NCBI GenBank assembly: GCA_964016885.1
Contig: OZ024741.1
Span: forward strand, 272,552,001-272,616,000
Origin: Eledone cirrhosa
Lineage: Eukaryota
DNA: 64,000 bases
Reading direction: 5' to 3'
Shown here: piece after piece, positions 1 to 14,610 of the stretch
Position numbering within the stretch: position 1 is the stretch's first letter
Layout: every line of letters begins with the position of its first letter
Notes under the pieces: model-generated
What the model saw: only the letters and a program-made list of their open reading frames with translations
Told to the model about the DNA's origin: nothing
Database searches by the model: none
Made by a program: the position numbers and the translations under genes

Positions 1-168
1 TCAGTCAGCCAGCCATTTTGGAGATTTATATATATTCTTAGTGCTTAAAAGTCCTTAAAAGTTCAGTTACGTACATTGTTTGCATAAAAATAATATATAT
101 ATATTTTTTTTCAATGTAATTTTCCAGATCTATGTCCTGTTGATTGCTCAACTTGTGTGGCCTGAATT

Positions 169-308
169 ATGGGAGCAGCTGGAAGTAGCTTCAGTGACCT
201 TCCCACCAACGAATACCTGAAACAACTAGCAGGAGCCAAGTCCCTCTCTTCTATTGATCCCTTCTGGAATCAATTGTTATCGTTTTCTTTCATCTCTCCA
301 TCATCCAG
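169..308 (+). CDS. DYM: DYM coding exon 1 ([41 protein letters not shown]...)
   Basis: Acceptor tttccag ends at 127, so 128-168 is 5' UTR and an upstream non-coding exon probably lies outside the window. ATG at 169, donor GT at 309, phase 2. Confidence 0.93.
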
Positions 309-3300
309 GTAAATCATCACCGTTTAATGTCTATATTTCATACATGGGTTAAACAGTCTATCATGTACTCAGGCTAGACTGGTCAGGGGACCTTATCTGG
401 CTTGTATGCACCTTTTTTTGGCTTGGTTTTCTATGGTTTGATACCTTTCTTAATGCCAAGCATGTTACAATGTGAACGGGGAGTATTTTTAATGACTCCA
501 GTGCTACCACTTTACAGAGTGGACTGGGTGCTTTGCTGTCATGGTATCAGCACTATCACCTTACAGAGAGGGCTGGGTGTTTTTGTCATGGCATCAGTAC
601 TACCACTTTCCAGAGTGGGCTGGGTGCTTTTGTCATGACACCAGCACTATAACCTTACAAGGAGGAAAATAGGTAATTTTTCTTGGTTGTCTCCATTGAT
701 TTTATTAAAAACCAGAATTAGTCATTTAGCTTACATATTGAGATCCCAACCCATCCTATTTATTTTATAATGTATGGAATTTCTAGTAATGTACTTTTTT
801 GTCATGTATTATGTTTTTAATGTATAAAGAACATTGCCACAGGAATGCTACCACTTGAAATAAAATTTCACCGGAGATAGATTAGTAAAATTTAATAAGG
901 TGGAGGGTGGAACAAGAGCCGGAGTGGCGGAGAAATATTCGAGACCTGAGAGTACCTAAATTAGAAACCATCATCATTAAGGGGTCAATAAAATAAAGTA
1001 CCAGTAATGCACTGGGGTCGATTTAATCTATTTTCCATTTCCCCCAAATTGTTGGCCTTGTGCCTAAATCAAATCATTACAGTGGAACCTTGGTTCACAA
1101 ACTTAATTTGTTCCTGAAGGCCGTTCATCACCACTGAAATGTTTGTAATCCCAAACTATTTTTCCCATATGAAACGTTAAGAGAGAAATACAGTGTGAAT
1201 TGGCAGTATCGGTAGAGTGTTGGACAACATGGTTTGTGGCATAGAGTTAGAGCCCTTTACATTCTGAGTTCAAATCCCACTGAGGTCAGCTTTGCCTTTT
1301 ATCCTTAGTGGGGTCGATAAGATAAAGTACCAGTAAGCACTGGGGTCGATTTAATTGACTTACCCCTTCCCTTGTGCCTAAGGTAGAAACAATTATTATT
1401 TTCATTGGTAGAGCATCGGACAACATGCTTTGCGGCATAGAGTTACGGCCCTTTATGTTCTGAGTTCAAATCCCTCTCAGATTAGCTTTGCTTTTCATCT
1501 ATATGAGGGTTGATAAAATAAAGTACAAATAACACACTGGGGTTGATTTAATTGTCTTGCCGCTTCCCCCAGAAAATTGTTGACCTTGTGCCTATATCAG
1601 AAACCATTGTATTGGTAGTATCGGTGGAGAATCAGACACCATGATTTGCAGCATAGAGTTATGACCCTTTACGTTGTGAATTCAAATCCTGCCGGGGTTA
1701 ACTTTGCCTTTAATCCTTATGGGGTCAATAAAATAAAGCACCAGTAATAGCCTTGTGCCAAAAGTAGAAACAATTATTATTGAAAAACCCACATTGTATA
1801 GTTCTGTACCGTCTGTTTCCTTAATGTGAGCCCTGTGTAGCTAATTATGAAATTATTTTTTTATTATAGTTCTGATGCCAGGCTTCTGGAAGAATCTACG
1901 ATATCAATATGTAAAAATTTAGCTATCAACAACTTTCAGTCTGGTAATTTTGGTGCTTTAGTCCGTAATTTTATTGTACGAGCCACAGAACTGAAGGCAT
2001 CTACACAATGTGAAGAGTAAGTTAAGTATTGTTTCTTTTTCTTTCTTTTTTTCTTTTTTGAACCTTTTTGTTACCATGATAATGATGATGATATCTAAGG
2101 ACCCTGCCAATGTGTGTCAATTAATTTTGGAAATAATAAATTTGAAAGAATTTTGAAAATTTACTAACCTTTTTTTATTAAGTTTCTCTTTGGAGCATTA
2201 CTTAAAATTGTGATGGCAGGATTTTTGATGAATACAAACATATAAAAATAAGCAGTTTTTTCTTATTGTTGAATCAGGGGTGTTGGTTTCAGGGAGTTTG
2301 GTATCAAAAAAGGTTTTGTATTGTAGAACCAGGGAGTGGTGTTTCAGGGAGTTTGGTATAAAAAAGGTTTTGTATTGTAGAATTAGGGGGTTGTTTGTTT
2401 AGGTGATTTGATATTAAAATGGTTTTGAATTATAGAACCAGGGGATGATGGGGGAGGGGGGTGTAGTTTCAGGTGGTTTGGTATTAAAAGGGTTTTGTAT
2501 TGTAGAACCAAGGGTGGTTTCAGGAGGTTTATTATCAAAAGGCTTAAAAGAAATTCCCAACTATTTTCTATATTTCTCTTTCAGTAATATATTTACTTGG
2601 CAAACCTACAATGCCCTGTTTATCATCAGGAGTTTATGCAAGTACTTTGTTGAAAACCTCAGTGAAGAACTTATAACACAACAATTTGATGCTGTGAACT
2701 CAGCTGAAGCAGGTAAACAGACATCTTTTCATTTCCTTATCATTTCCTCATCTTCCAAACTGGTGTAAAGGCAATAGTTATAGCACAGGTTCCCAGACTG
2801 TGCACCTTGACACATTGCTGCACTGTGAGATTCTATTTCAAAAAGATTCTATTTCAAAATGTGGAAAATACAAATTGAAATCTGTGCTAAACATATCGAA
2901 TTCACATTGACGGAAAGTTGTATTTAAAACACAGTGTTAGCTAAAATGCCTCACGATAATGGACATTTGTATTAAAACATGTTAAATAAAAATTCTCATG
3001 TTGACGGGTCATATTAAAACATTAACTAACAGAAAGTTATATTAAAACGTGTTAAATAAAAATTCTCACATTGACGGAAAATCGTATTAAAACCTTAACT
3101 AAAAAGCCATGTTATACATATTAACTCAGTAACATCAAAGCAGTGTGTCACAGCATGTTGGTGTGTCACTGTGGTGTTTCACGGCACACTGGTGTGTCAT
3201 GAAAGAGCAAGACTCTATTTCAATAAGTGAAAAATACAAATAAAATTAAAAAAGCAAGCTAATCTAATCTTTCAGATTTGTAAATTCTCACCTAATTTCT

Positions 3301-6300
3301 TGACTCACTGCCTCCACTTCTCTCGCTTTCCCCATCTCTCACTATTATATACAATGGGTCCCTATGCGACGGCCACTTCACGGTCCCAGCCGATAGAACA
3401 GAGAAGGCTTTTCATCGGAAATTCATAATAAAATTCCTATATATATCATAAGCTATCAAAGTGGGAACAACTAAAATAAAAATAAACAAACAAAACCCCA
3501 GGCATGTTTCTCATTGTTAACTTTGCTCCATTTATTGACTAAAGAAGAAATAACAAATAATTTATCTATATTTTTTATCATCAATATTTCTACTTTATAT
3601 GTTAATATGTATAAATATCTCTTTTGAATAGATTTTCTAATTTCTTGCGCAAAGTGTGAATTCCAAAAATATATAAAAGCGAACTTTATTTTCTTTCAGA
3701 ATGTGATTCAGATGATGATAGTCCTCTTGCAGAGAAATTGATGAATTCTCTTGTGGAATTACTTGTAGATGTTCCTGTTGTGTGAGTTACCATTCTTGTC
3801 TTTTACTACTCTGATAATCTTTTACTGGTTTCAGTCATTAGACAGTGGCTATGCTGGGGCAATGGGTTTTTTTTTATTGGTTCCAGTCATTAGACAGTGT
3901 TCATGCTGGGGCACTGCCATCTTTTATTGGTTTCAGTCTTTAGACTGGCCATGGTGGGGCACTGCCTTCTTTTGCTGGTTCTAGTCATTAGATTGTGGTC
4001 AGGCTGGGGCACCATGCCTTGAAGGGATTTAACTTTTTTAAAGTATGTACCATACTTAAAAAGCAAATAAGGGTTGGTGTTAGGAAGGGCATCTATCTAT
4101 AAAATACTACCTTAAAAAAATGTCTAACCTATGCCAGCATGGAAAAGCAAGCATTAAAATGACAAAGAATAGAAATATTTATTTATTTGTGTATGTGAAT
4201 TTCATACATTTAGCTGTATAAGTTGGCTCAACTTAAAATAGAATTAAAATTTAACCTCTGCACAGCTGTATGCATAGATGTATGTGGATTTCATATATGT
4301 TTAATAAATAGACATTTTGAAAGCCCAGCTATGAATAATAAAAGGCTGACAGCCAGCACCATCTAGCAGATTCCAGCAGAATTCGAGCTACTGGCTCTCA
4401 CCAGGACAGTGCTTCCCTGCTCTCTGCTGGAACTTGAAAACAGAAGAGAATATATAGTATTTTTGCTTGTGTAGGTATTAGCCTCAGTTGCATGAGAAGT
4501 TCTACTTTTAAGTTGGCTCTACATATAAGTAGAACTAAAATTTAGTTTCGGTATAGCTGTATATATATATATGTATGTGAATTTTGTACATCTAAAGATA
4601 TACGGTATGTTTATTTATGTTATAATTTTAAATTATCTAAATATATTTAATTCTTTCATTACCATATTTCTAATGAAAGACACTCCTTATGGTTTTCAGA
4701 CCACTTTGGAAATAATCATGAATTTGGAGGTATTTAGTAAAACAATTAACTTTCTCGTTAATAAGCTGGTGTTTTGAGCATAACTTTAACAAAGATCCCT
4801 GCATAAAATTAGCATGGAAGGTTTAAATTTGAATATAAACACCTTAAAATAAACATCTTTGTGTCAGAGAAGCAGCTGTATTTTCAGGCTGTTTAGTATT
4901 GAAAAGGTTAAACTCTTTTAACACAAAACTGCCTGAAACAGTCCCAGGTTCTACAATACAAAGTTGTTTATTTTAAAATGTTTTTATTTATCTAAAGAAG
5001 AAAAATCTCCATCATAATTTTATGTAGGAATCATGTTTCACACACCAGCTTAATAATGAGAATGGTAAGGTCCCGTAACTTCTGATAGTGTTGTAGGGGC
5101 GCTGTATACAGCATTTCTTGGGTATTTTAAGCCTGGTGCAGCCCATCTCCTCTGCATGTCTGAATACAGCAGATTTCTTCCAGAGAAGGGGCAAGATAGA
5201 AAGTGAGAGAATGGAATTGAGAAAGAGATATAGAGAAAGAATCAATCCCAGTACAAGGCTGGTACTTTTTTTTATCGACCTCGAATGGCGGGATTTGAAC
5301 TCAGAGAGCAGTGAGCTGGAACAAACACTGCAAAGCATTCTATCCAACGTTCTTTATTTATTTCCAAAATGATCTAAAAACCATAGGGAGTGTCTTTCAT
5401 GAGAAATATCTTAACAAAATGGCTAAATATGATGTTTAAAATTATAAATGTTATCTGGATGTTGCTGTTATGTATATTTAACATCCTTGAATTCTGTGAT
5501 TGTATCAAGATTTTCCAGCTATATGATGAAGCCATCGACCAGTCACTCTTATACCAACAGTTTAAACCAGCCGTATCTCTGACCTCTTTCTGTTCAAACC
5601 GGCTGTAACTGGCTGCTCATATTGATGTTAAGGTATTGTTCTCAAAATAAATATCAAAATCTCATAGATTCGATATTATATGAGATAAGCCTTTACCATG
5701 AAAATATAATAGTAAATATAGAGTATGAACTTAAAGGGTTAAGTTCAAATTTATTGCCAGCATTTGACAGAATATTGATATTGGTTTTAATGTTGAGGTC
5801 CACAGTTGTATAAATGTAATCATACTTTAATTATAGAAGTGACGTCCGAACAAGTATCCTCCACCACCAACTAACTTCTCCTCCGCCTACCATTTCAGCT
5901 AATTAAGTCCTCTTTTAAACTTTTGTTTCTAGGAATTTCTCTTATGCTTTACATTTGGAGGCGTTAAACACACTGATAGTTCTGTTGTCTATCCAAATGT
6001 ATCAACCTCAAGCTGCCAGCAACTTCTCCTACTATAGATATATGATGCAGGGAAAATGGTAAGTCAGTTAATTTACTTTCACAAATTATCGAAATTGAAA
6101 TTTGAAAACATTTGGCTAATTTATGAAGCATTGAAGAATTTTGAAATTTGAAAATACATCAGCCATGAAGCAGATAACTATAAATAATAGTTGAATAAGT
6201 TAGGTAAAATTACCCCTGGAAACAGAAACAGAAGCAGATATACTGACATATGAGAGATGTATGGTTCAATTGCTGTCCATTTATTTTTCTGTTTCCTGGG

Positions 6301-9300
6301 GTGATTTACTTGACTTATTTAACTACTATTTATAGTTATCTACATTTTGTCTAACTTATTTTCGAATTTCAAAATTGGAAACTTTTTTTATCCTGGATCC
6401 CATGTGCACACCAGATCTATCATATGCATTCCAGATCTTTCATATGTACTCCAGATCTTGTATGTATTCAGGATCTTTGTGTGTATCTCAGATCCTGTGT
6501 ATGTGTGCTAGTTTTTGAGATAGAATAGGTATGTCCACGTGTTGTAAGAGGTGATTAAAAGGTTTGTGTCAAGAAAGGCAGCCAACTATAAAATGTTATA
6601 AAATACTATAAAATACAAGAAAGGCAGCCAACTATAAAGTACCAGCTGGGTACTCAGGCAAGACTAGCTGAGCTCATGGATGTTATCCAACCATCTTGCT
6701 CGGTTGGTTTTGCCTGTAAAATCTGTCCAGTGATTTTTTCCTAAGACATTCTAACCACTAATTTTATATAAGAACCTTACATTAAGTTACTATGTTACCA
6801 ACCCAGCCAAAACCGGCTCTGGTTCTATGAAATAAAATCACCCGTTTCAAAAGTTTCCAATTTATATTAAAATTTCCAACATAATTTTATATAAGAACCT
6901 TACATTAAGTTACTATCTTGGTAACGAAAAATAATTTTAGTAATTCTCTTGAAATTATTCATTAATTAATTAAGATAGAATGTATTTCAATAAAAATACG
7001 GCCATGAAAAGGTTAACATGTTTACTATGTCAGTTAGGTTATGTGACTTTGTACCTGTGATGTTTTTTTTTTTTTAATCCTCTTCTTTTTCTTTTCAGTT
7101 CAATGCATGCTTGTCTATTAATGAAGGTTCTTCTGACAAATTATATCAACCAAGAAAAATGTCCTGCAGAATTGTTTAAACCCAATAATAACAATAGTGG
7201 CATGCTATATAACTTGACTTCATCGGTAGCATGTATGTACCTACTTAATTTATACCTTCTTATCGCCATATCATCTTTAGTTGATTCTCATGTAACCAGC
7301 ATTGTTGGTTTTACCTCAACTTTGCCATGCTCGCTAGGCAAGGCATGGGTTGGACGGGAGTCTTTTTTGAGGCAATAATTCACAGCTGGATGCCCTTCCT
7401 CACACCAACCCTTTTTAGTCACTTTTCATATGATATGTTCCTAGTCTAAACTGGATAGTGTGATTCTTACAGGGTAATGGGGGTTAGCTTACCAATGAGG
7501 TCCCTAAACTCTCCTTACTACCCTTCCACCCTCCTCTCCTCCTACTCATCATTTTTTTTGTCTGTTTTCCCTGCTGGCATGTGTTGGTTTGGTCATCAGG
7601 TTCCAAAACAAAACGGTCAGATAAATACATCCTCCCGCACATCGCCGCCACCACCACTGCCGCCGACTCCACAACCACCCCACTTTACCCCAATTACATA
7701 TAAATATAAAACAAACAACAATAAAGACTAAATATATAGAAATGAGAAACCTGTAGAAACAAGTTGTATTTTATTATATTTTTATTTCTGTTAAGTTTTG
7801 GACCCAATTGACTCCCTGAGGGTTAATATTAACCACTTTGGGGATCATAACTCACTCAGCAGAGCATACTTGTCTCATTTCACATCTTCCATATTCAGTA
7901 AACAATGAGGAACAAGGCAAGCATTCGTTACCATGCAACACTGCACTTATGATATTCCAGTATCATACAATTTGTTCTTCATTCAAAGAGAGAAACTCTT
8001 TTTTTTTTTTGTACACTTAGGAAATAGTTCCCTGAGCTTTGAGCTTTTGTCATCGTCCTTCCTGTAGCTACTCTGCTTTCCTCGTACTTCTATAACCTGC
8101 TCCCTTATATTCTATTCCACTGTATGTCAAATCCCCTGCTAAATAAATACAACCCTTCAAAATGTATATTTTGTGGGGTTTTTTTGGAGGGCTACAACAA
8201 TGCAAATAGGACATTAGATGTTAAAAATCATCATCACCATCATCATCGTTTAACATCCATTTTCTACACTAGCATGGGTTAGACAAGCTGTCCCATTGTA
8301 AGACAAGCCAGGTCAGGGGACCATGCTCACACAGAACTGATTTGGTTTGGTTTCTATGGCTGGATGCGCTTCCTAATGCCAACCACATTTACAGTGTGTG
8401 CTGGGTTCTTTTTGTTGTGAGACCTACACGACCACTTTACAGTTTGGACTGGGCTTTTTTTGCTGTGTTACTAACATAATAACTTTATAGTGTGGGTTGG
8501 GCACTTTCTATCGTGACACCTACACGACCACTTTACAGTGTGGACTGGGCACTTTTTATCATGACTCCTACATGACCACTTTACAGTTTGGGCTGGGCAC
8601 AATGCTAAAAAAGCTGTTGGAATGTTACATTGGAGATATTTGATTAGTCCTTGATATTTCAGGAGATTATTCCCCTTGTCAAAAGAAAGGTCGAGGAAGC
8701 TACGTCAGCAGGAGATCCATATGTTCTTCTTATGATGGCGTTTTTTTCACTGAAATAAACTGTACATTCATTCGTGTGTCTGATGGTATCTTTGTTCATT
8801 TAATACAAAAGACTGCTGTAAAGAAATATGACCAGTCTCTTCAAAAGAAGAGTTAAAGAAATTAAGTCACAGCAGGATACTTGTTCTGATATTGGTGTTT
8901 TTGTTATTGTTATTGTCCTATTTTATATTACTGTAGACCCCTAAAAAACAACCCTACTATTTTCAATATTCCACAATGTTTCAAGCTAACTACAACAATC
9001 TCCCTTATCTCTCTTATTATTTTGTCTCATTATTCTTTCATTCTCTATCTCTCTCTCACACTCACTCTCTCTCATACATTCTCTCATTCCCTCACTCTCC
9101 CTCCCACACTGTCTCTCATACCCTCACTCTCTCACCCCCCTCCCCCTCTCTCTCACTTATTGTAGGGGTTGGCATGATAAACACACTAAGACATACACCG
9201 TATTAAGGACTCGTACAGTATATAGAATCAACATAATAATTGTTATTATTGGCAAGGGTAGTTTAAGGGTCCTAAATTGTTATTTTGCTACCATAAATAA

Positions 9301-12300
9301 TATATATAAGGGGTTCCAATTAAATTTTTATTGAGGTGGAGGTTGTTATGGAAGCTTAATCTACCCTTGAGTAATGGTGACTGTTTAGTTTGAAGTTTTG
9401 CCAATTTTGGAGGCTTATAAAAACACTATTAATATATATACATATATATACATCTTATACATATCAGTAACGGGTCAATAAAATATCATTCCCTGGGGAT
9501 ATATAAAATCTCAAGCAACTTAACCCTTTAGCATTCACATTACTCTATATATACTATTATATTTTCATGGTAAAGGCTTTACCTTGCATAATTATCTCAC
9601 ATAATATCGAATCTATGAGATTTTGAAAGTATTTATTTTGAAAACAATACCTTAACATCAGTTTGAGTGACCAGTTACAGCCAGTTTCAACAGAAAAAGG
9701 TAGATAATTCTGGCCAGATTTGGCCGGTTTGAACATTAAAGGGTTAAATATAAGGCTCCTTTTGAGATTTTATATATCCACAGGAAACGATATTTTATCA
9801 ACCCGTTAGTGATATGTATAAGATTTTCTATATATATATGTTTGCTTCTCTGAATAAGATGTCTGAAATATATCTTTTGAGATATTATGTATGTTCGTGA
9901 CAAATTTTATTTGTGTACTAAGCAGCAGTACTCAGCGTTGCCTGGGTAGGACCTCGGCTGTAACTCCTTCCTAATTATAAACTAAGATAGAGGAAATCCC
10001 AAGCATACTTAATTAGAAATAGAATTTTTTTCTTTGTTAGTTACACACTCTAATTACACTTAGGTATTTAGGTGCCCTTCCCGTGCATTAGGGTAACTGA
10101 TAACTAAATTTCTTTATTAAGATTTTAATTAGTATTAACATCTATATGCTTTGCTCTTTAGCTAAGTGTTAGACTTAGCATACTCAAGGAAAACAAAAAA
10201 TTTTTAGGATTGTTTGATTTGATATTTCTGCTTTTTTTGTTTTGAGGAAATGTGACAGGTATACACACTTTTTGTTTTGAGTAAATGTGACAGGTATACA
10301 CAGGCAATATTTATTAGAATGCTATAGAAGTGTGTATATATTTTTGGGGGATGCCTAAAAGACCTTTAAATTTGAAAAAAAAGAGGAAATTATTGCTTTT
10401 TTTTTAAAATAAAATTTAAAGGTTTTTTTTTTTTAGGAACTTTCAATGTTTTCATATTTTTATAGGTTTTTCTGTCTGAAGAGCTCAGGCTATCATAACT
10501 GATAGTTTTCAGTGAAATATGTATAACAAAGTTTTAAATAAACCTGAATCAACTGATATGGCCTCCGATCTTTTAATAATATATAATGCTCCGGCTTGCA
10601 CCATTTGTACAGGTCGTTGAGCGCTTCTTTTTATCTGCTTCACAACCGACAGACTATAATGTGGTCTGCACATCCCTGTTCAGTTAACCCCATACTCTAA
10701 TATATATATATATATGTATATATGTGTGTATATATATATATATATACACGTATAGGAACTCCTATACGCAGACGACCTGACACTCATAGCGGAATCAATG
10801 GCCGAGCTAGAGAAGAAATTCCAAACATGGAAGCACGGCCTAGAGTCAAAAGGACTTAAAATTAACCTGGCTAAGACCAAAGTACTAGTTTGTAGGAAAG
10901 AAAACAAGGCGGCGATCCCTTCTGGGAAATGGTCGTGCTCGGTGTGTAGGAAAGGCGTAGGTAGAAACTCCATTTTATGTCCTAAATGCAAAGTATGGGT
11001 GCATAAAAGATGTAGTGGGATCACAGGTAAGCTAACTAAGAACATAGATTTTACATGTGGCCGGTGCTCTGGTGCAATAAGTAGCAGCAAGTGCCCACAA
11101 AATACTAGCTCTTTCAATTGCGCAGAGGGTTCTATAGAAATAGTGGACAGCTTCCGTTACCTGGGCGATAAAATCAGCAGTGGGGGAGGGTGCTCTGAAA
11201 GTACTGTAGCTAGAGTCAGAACTGGTTGGAAAAAGTTCAGAGAGCTTATACCACTATTAGCTGCTAAAGGGTTCTCACTAAAAATGAAAGGCAGGTTGTG
11301 CGATGCCTGCATACGAACAGCAATGCTGCATGGCAGTGAGACCTGGGCATTGTGTGCAGAGGATATACGCAGACTAGAGAGGAACGAAGCTTGCATGCTC
11401 CGCTGGATGTGTAGCAGTAATATACGTGAACGGCAAAGCATAAACGAACTAAGGAAAAAATTAGAGATAAGAGGGATCAGATGTTGTTTACTCGAGAGAA
11501 GGCAACGTTGGTATGGACACGTGATGCGCATGAAAGTCGATAGCTGTATAACAAAGTGCAGGGCAATAAAGATAGACGGTAGTCACGGAATAGGCAGACC
11601 TAGAAAAACCTGGGACGAGCTGATAAACTCCGACATCACACACTTACACCTCTCCAAGACAATGTCACTGGACCGAGACCTTTGGCGGTACTCAGTAACA
11701 GAGAAGACCTGCCTTACCTAAATATATAGTAAAACCTACTCCAGCCAGTAGGCATCTCTAACAAAATACACCCCGTCCCACCACCACCACCACCACCCCC
11801 ACCCCATCCACACCACCCCGTTCTATGTAAAGTTATGTTGGTGCCGCGCCATCCAGGCCGAAACAAATGAGATCGTGTAGGTGTCACGACAAAAAAACAC
11901 ACAGTCCACGCTGTAATGTGGCCGTGTAGGCAACACGGTAAAAACCTCCCAGACCCACACTGTAAATGTGGTTGGTGTTAGGAAGGGCATCCAACTGTAG
12001 AAAACCTGCCAGACAGTCCTATGCGAGCAAGACAATCACTCTTGCCTCAAGTGGGACTACCCCCGTCCAAACCCATGCAAGCGTGGAACACGGACGTTAA
12101 ACGTTGATGATGATGATGATGATGATATATATATATATATACGGGGTAACAAATTATTGTTATAGGTAGTCCAATTGTCAGCAATGAGATTAAAAACCTT
12201 TTTTGTATAGCAAACAGTGTCATTCTTCTTTCCTGAGTTATATATATATATATATATTTTTTTTTAATTGTAGCTGGTCTTTGGAATGTTGTGACACTTG

Positions 12301-14579
12301 GAATGGGAAGTACTACAAAGAAGAAAGAAGATGAGTTTGTTACTGAGGAACTGTTGGCCAACCAAAGTATATTGTTTGTGTTAGTGTTAGCTCATCACTG
12401 TACAGGGGATCGTAAGATGATAAATCCTTACAGACAGGCTCTATGTTCTTTCACCAATTCTCAAGGTAAGTCACTTTATTTTATTTTATTCATATTTATC
12501 TATCTGTTTGTCTATCTGTCTGTATCTATCTGTGTCTATCTGTCTGTCTATTTGTTTGTCTGTGTATCTGTCTGTCTGTATATCCGTCTATCTATCTGTC
12601 TGTCTATACATCCATAGATGTTAAACAGTGATGATCATCATCATATAAATTGGAAGTTACGGAGTAGGTAGACCCAGAAAAACCTAGGACGATTTGATAA
12701 ATTCCGACCTTACACACTTGCACTTCTCTAAGACAATGTCACTGGACCGAGATCTTTGGCGCTATGCAGTAATACAGAAGACCTGCCTTGCCTATGTACA
12801 AAGCGAAACCTACAGCCAGTAGGCACCTCTTAACCAAATATACACTCCAATCCACTACCTCTACTACATCCTCCCACTCCCACCAACACCACCCTCTCTC
12901 TATAAAGTTGGTACCACAACATTCAGTCCAAATAAATGAAATAATGAGATCGAGATTGTGTAGGTGTCACGACAAAAAAACACACAGTCCACACTGTAAT
13001 GTGGCCGTGTAGGTAACATGGTAAAAAGTTCCCAGTCCACACTGTAAATGTGGTTGGTGTTAGGAAGGACATCCAGCCGTAGAAAACCTGCCAGATAGTC
13101 CTATACGAGCGAGACACGGTCACCCGACCAACTTTGCCTCAAGTGGGACAACTCCCGTCTAACCCATGCTAGCGTGGAAGATGGACGTTAAACGATGATG
13201 ATGATGACCTGTCACTGAGATCACACTGATCAATGAACCACCTGTGAATCAATTCTGTGTATATATTTTGCCATAATCTAGTAACTGATTACTTAATCTT
13301 TTATGTGAATAACACCTGAAGATGTTGCCATATGTCTTGTGTCATGACCTGATGACATGAACTTTGCTGGCCATAGAAATACGAGGGGAGATCAAAAAGT
13401 TTGCGGAATTTTATCGTAGTAAGAAAAAAATAGGTTAAAACAATATTAAACATGTCAGAACATTGTCACTGGGTGTTTACCTTGCTATTAGTCACTTGTA
13501 GTCAGTTATACGTGGACTATTGTACAGTACTGACACTCTTTAAAAGAACCTCTTTTTGGAACAATGGAAAATAGTTATTTTGAGATAAGATCGAATATCA
13601 AGTTTCTGGTGAAACTCAAATGGAAAGGGACACAGATTATGGAGGCTTTAGTTAAAGTTTACGGTACTACTGCTCCAAAGAAAACTACTGTCTACAAATG
13701 GATTCAGCGATTCAAACAAGGGAGAGACGACCTTGAAGACGACCATCGTAGTGGAAGACCAAGAACATCAAACGTTGAGGCTGCTCAGACTTTAATTGAA
13801 GAAGATTGAAGAATAACAGTTAATCAGTTAGCTAAGTCCCTAGACATTTCATATGGTTCGGCAAATTCAATTCTGCATGATAATTTGGGACTAAGCAAGC
13901 TTTCAGTGCGATGGGTCCCAAAAGCGTTGCGCCCTGATCAGCTGATTCTTCGAAGTCTTTGGCGATATTAAACAAAATTGAAGTTGATGAAGAGCATTTC
14001 CTGACCAGAATCATCACCAGAGATGAAACCTGGATCTACCAGTATGATCCTGAATCTAAACAGCAGTCAAAACAGTGGCTTCCACGTGGATCATCAGGGC
14101 CAATCAAGTTCAAATCTCAAAAGTCGGATAAAAAAGTGATGGCCACCATTTTCTGGGATTCAGATGGGGTGATACTAATAGATTATTTTGAAGGTCAAAG
14201 AACTGTGACAGGAGCTTACTATGCAAATGTTTTAAGGAAACTGAAAGAGGCATTAGTCAAGAAACGAAAAGGGAAACTTCATGGTGGGATCTTGTTTCAC
14301 CATGACAGTGCACCAGCGCATTCTGCGCGGGTTACAAAAGAAGTTCTTCGAGAATTTCGATGGGAAGTGCTTCCTCACCCGCCTTATAGTCCCATCAGAC
14401 TTTTTCCTCTTTCCCAAACTCAAAGAAATGCTAAAAGGAACCCGTTTTAGTGGTGTTGAAGAAGCTAAAAACACTGCTAACCCATGCTAGCGTGGAAAAA
14501 TTGACGTAAAACAATGATGATGATAGGATACTTTTAAAGATGCATTTGGAATAATGACCTTGGTTTTCATTTTCTTTTA

Positions 14580-14610
<31 letters not shown>

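Noticed and set aside
5012-5813. Short ORFs in intron 4
   Set aside because: No recognisable motifs or phase-compatible splice sites; they overlap SINE and MITE remnants.
9917-10330. Possible Helitron-like non-autonomous element (actaagcagcagtactcagcgttgcctggg start)
   Set aside because: Only a loose terminal resemblance, with no second copy or clear 3' hairpin in the window.
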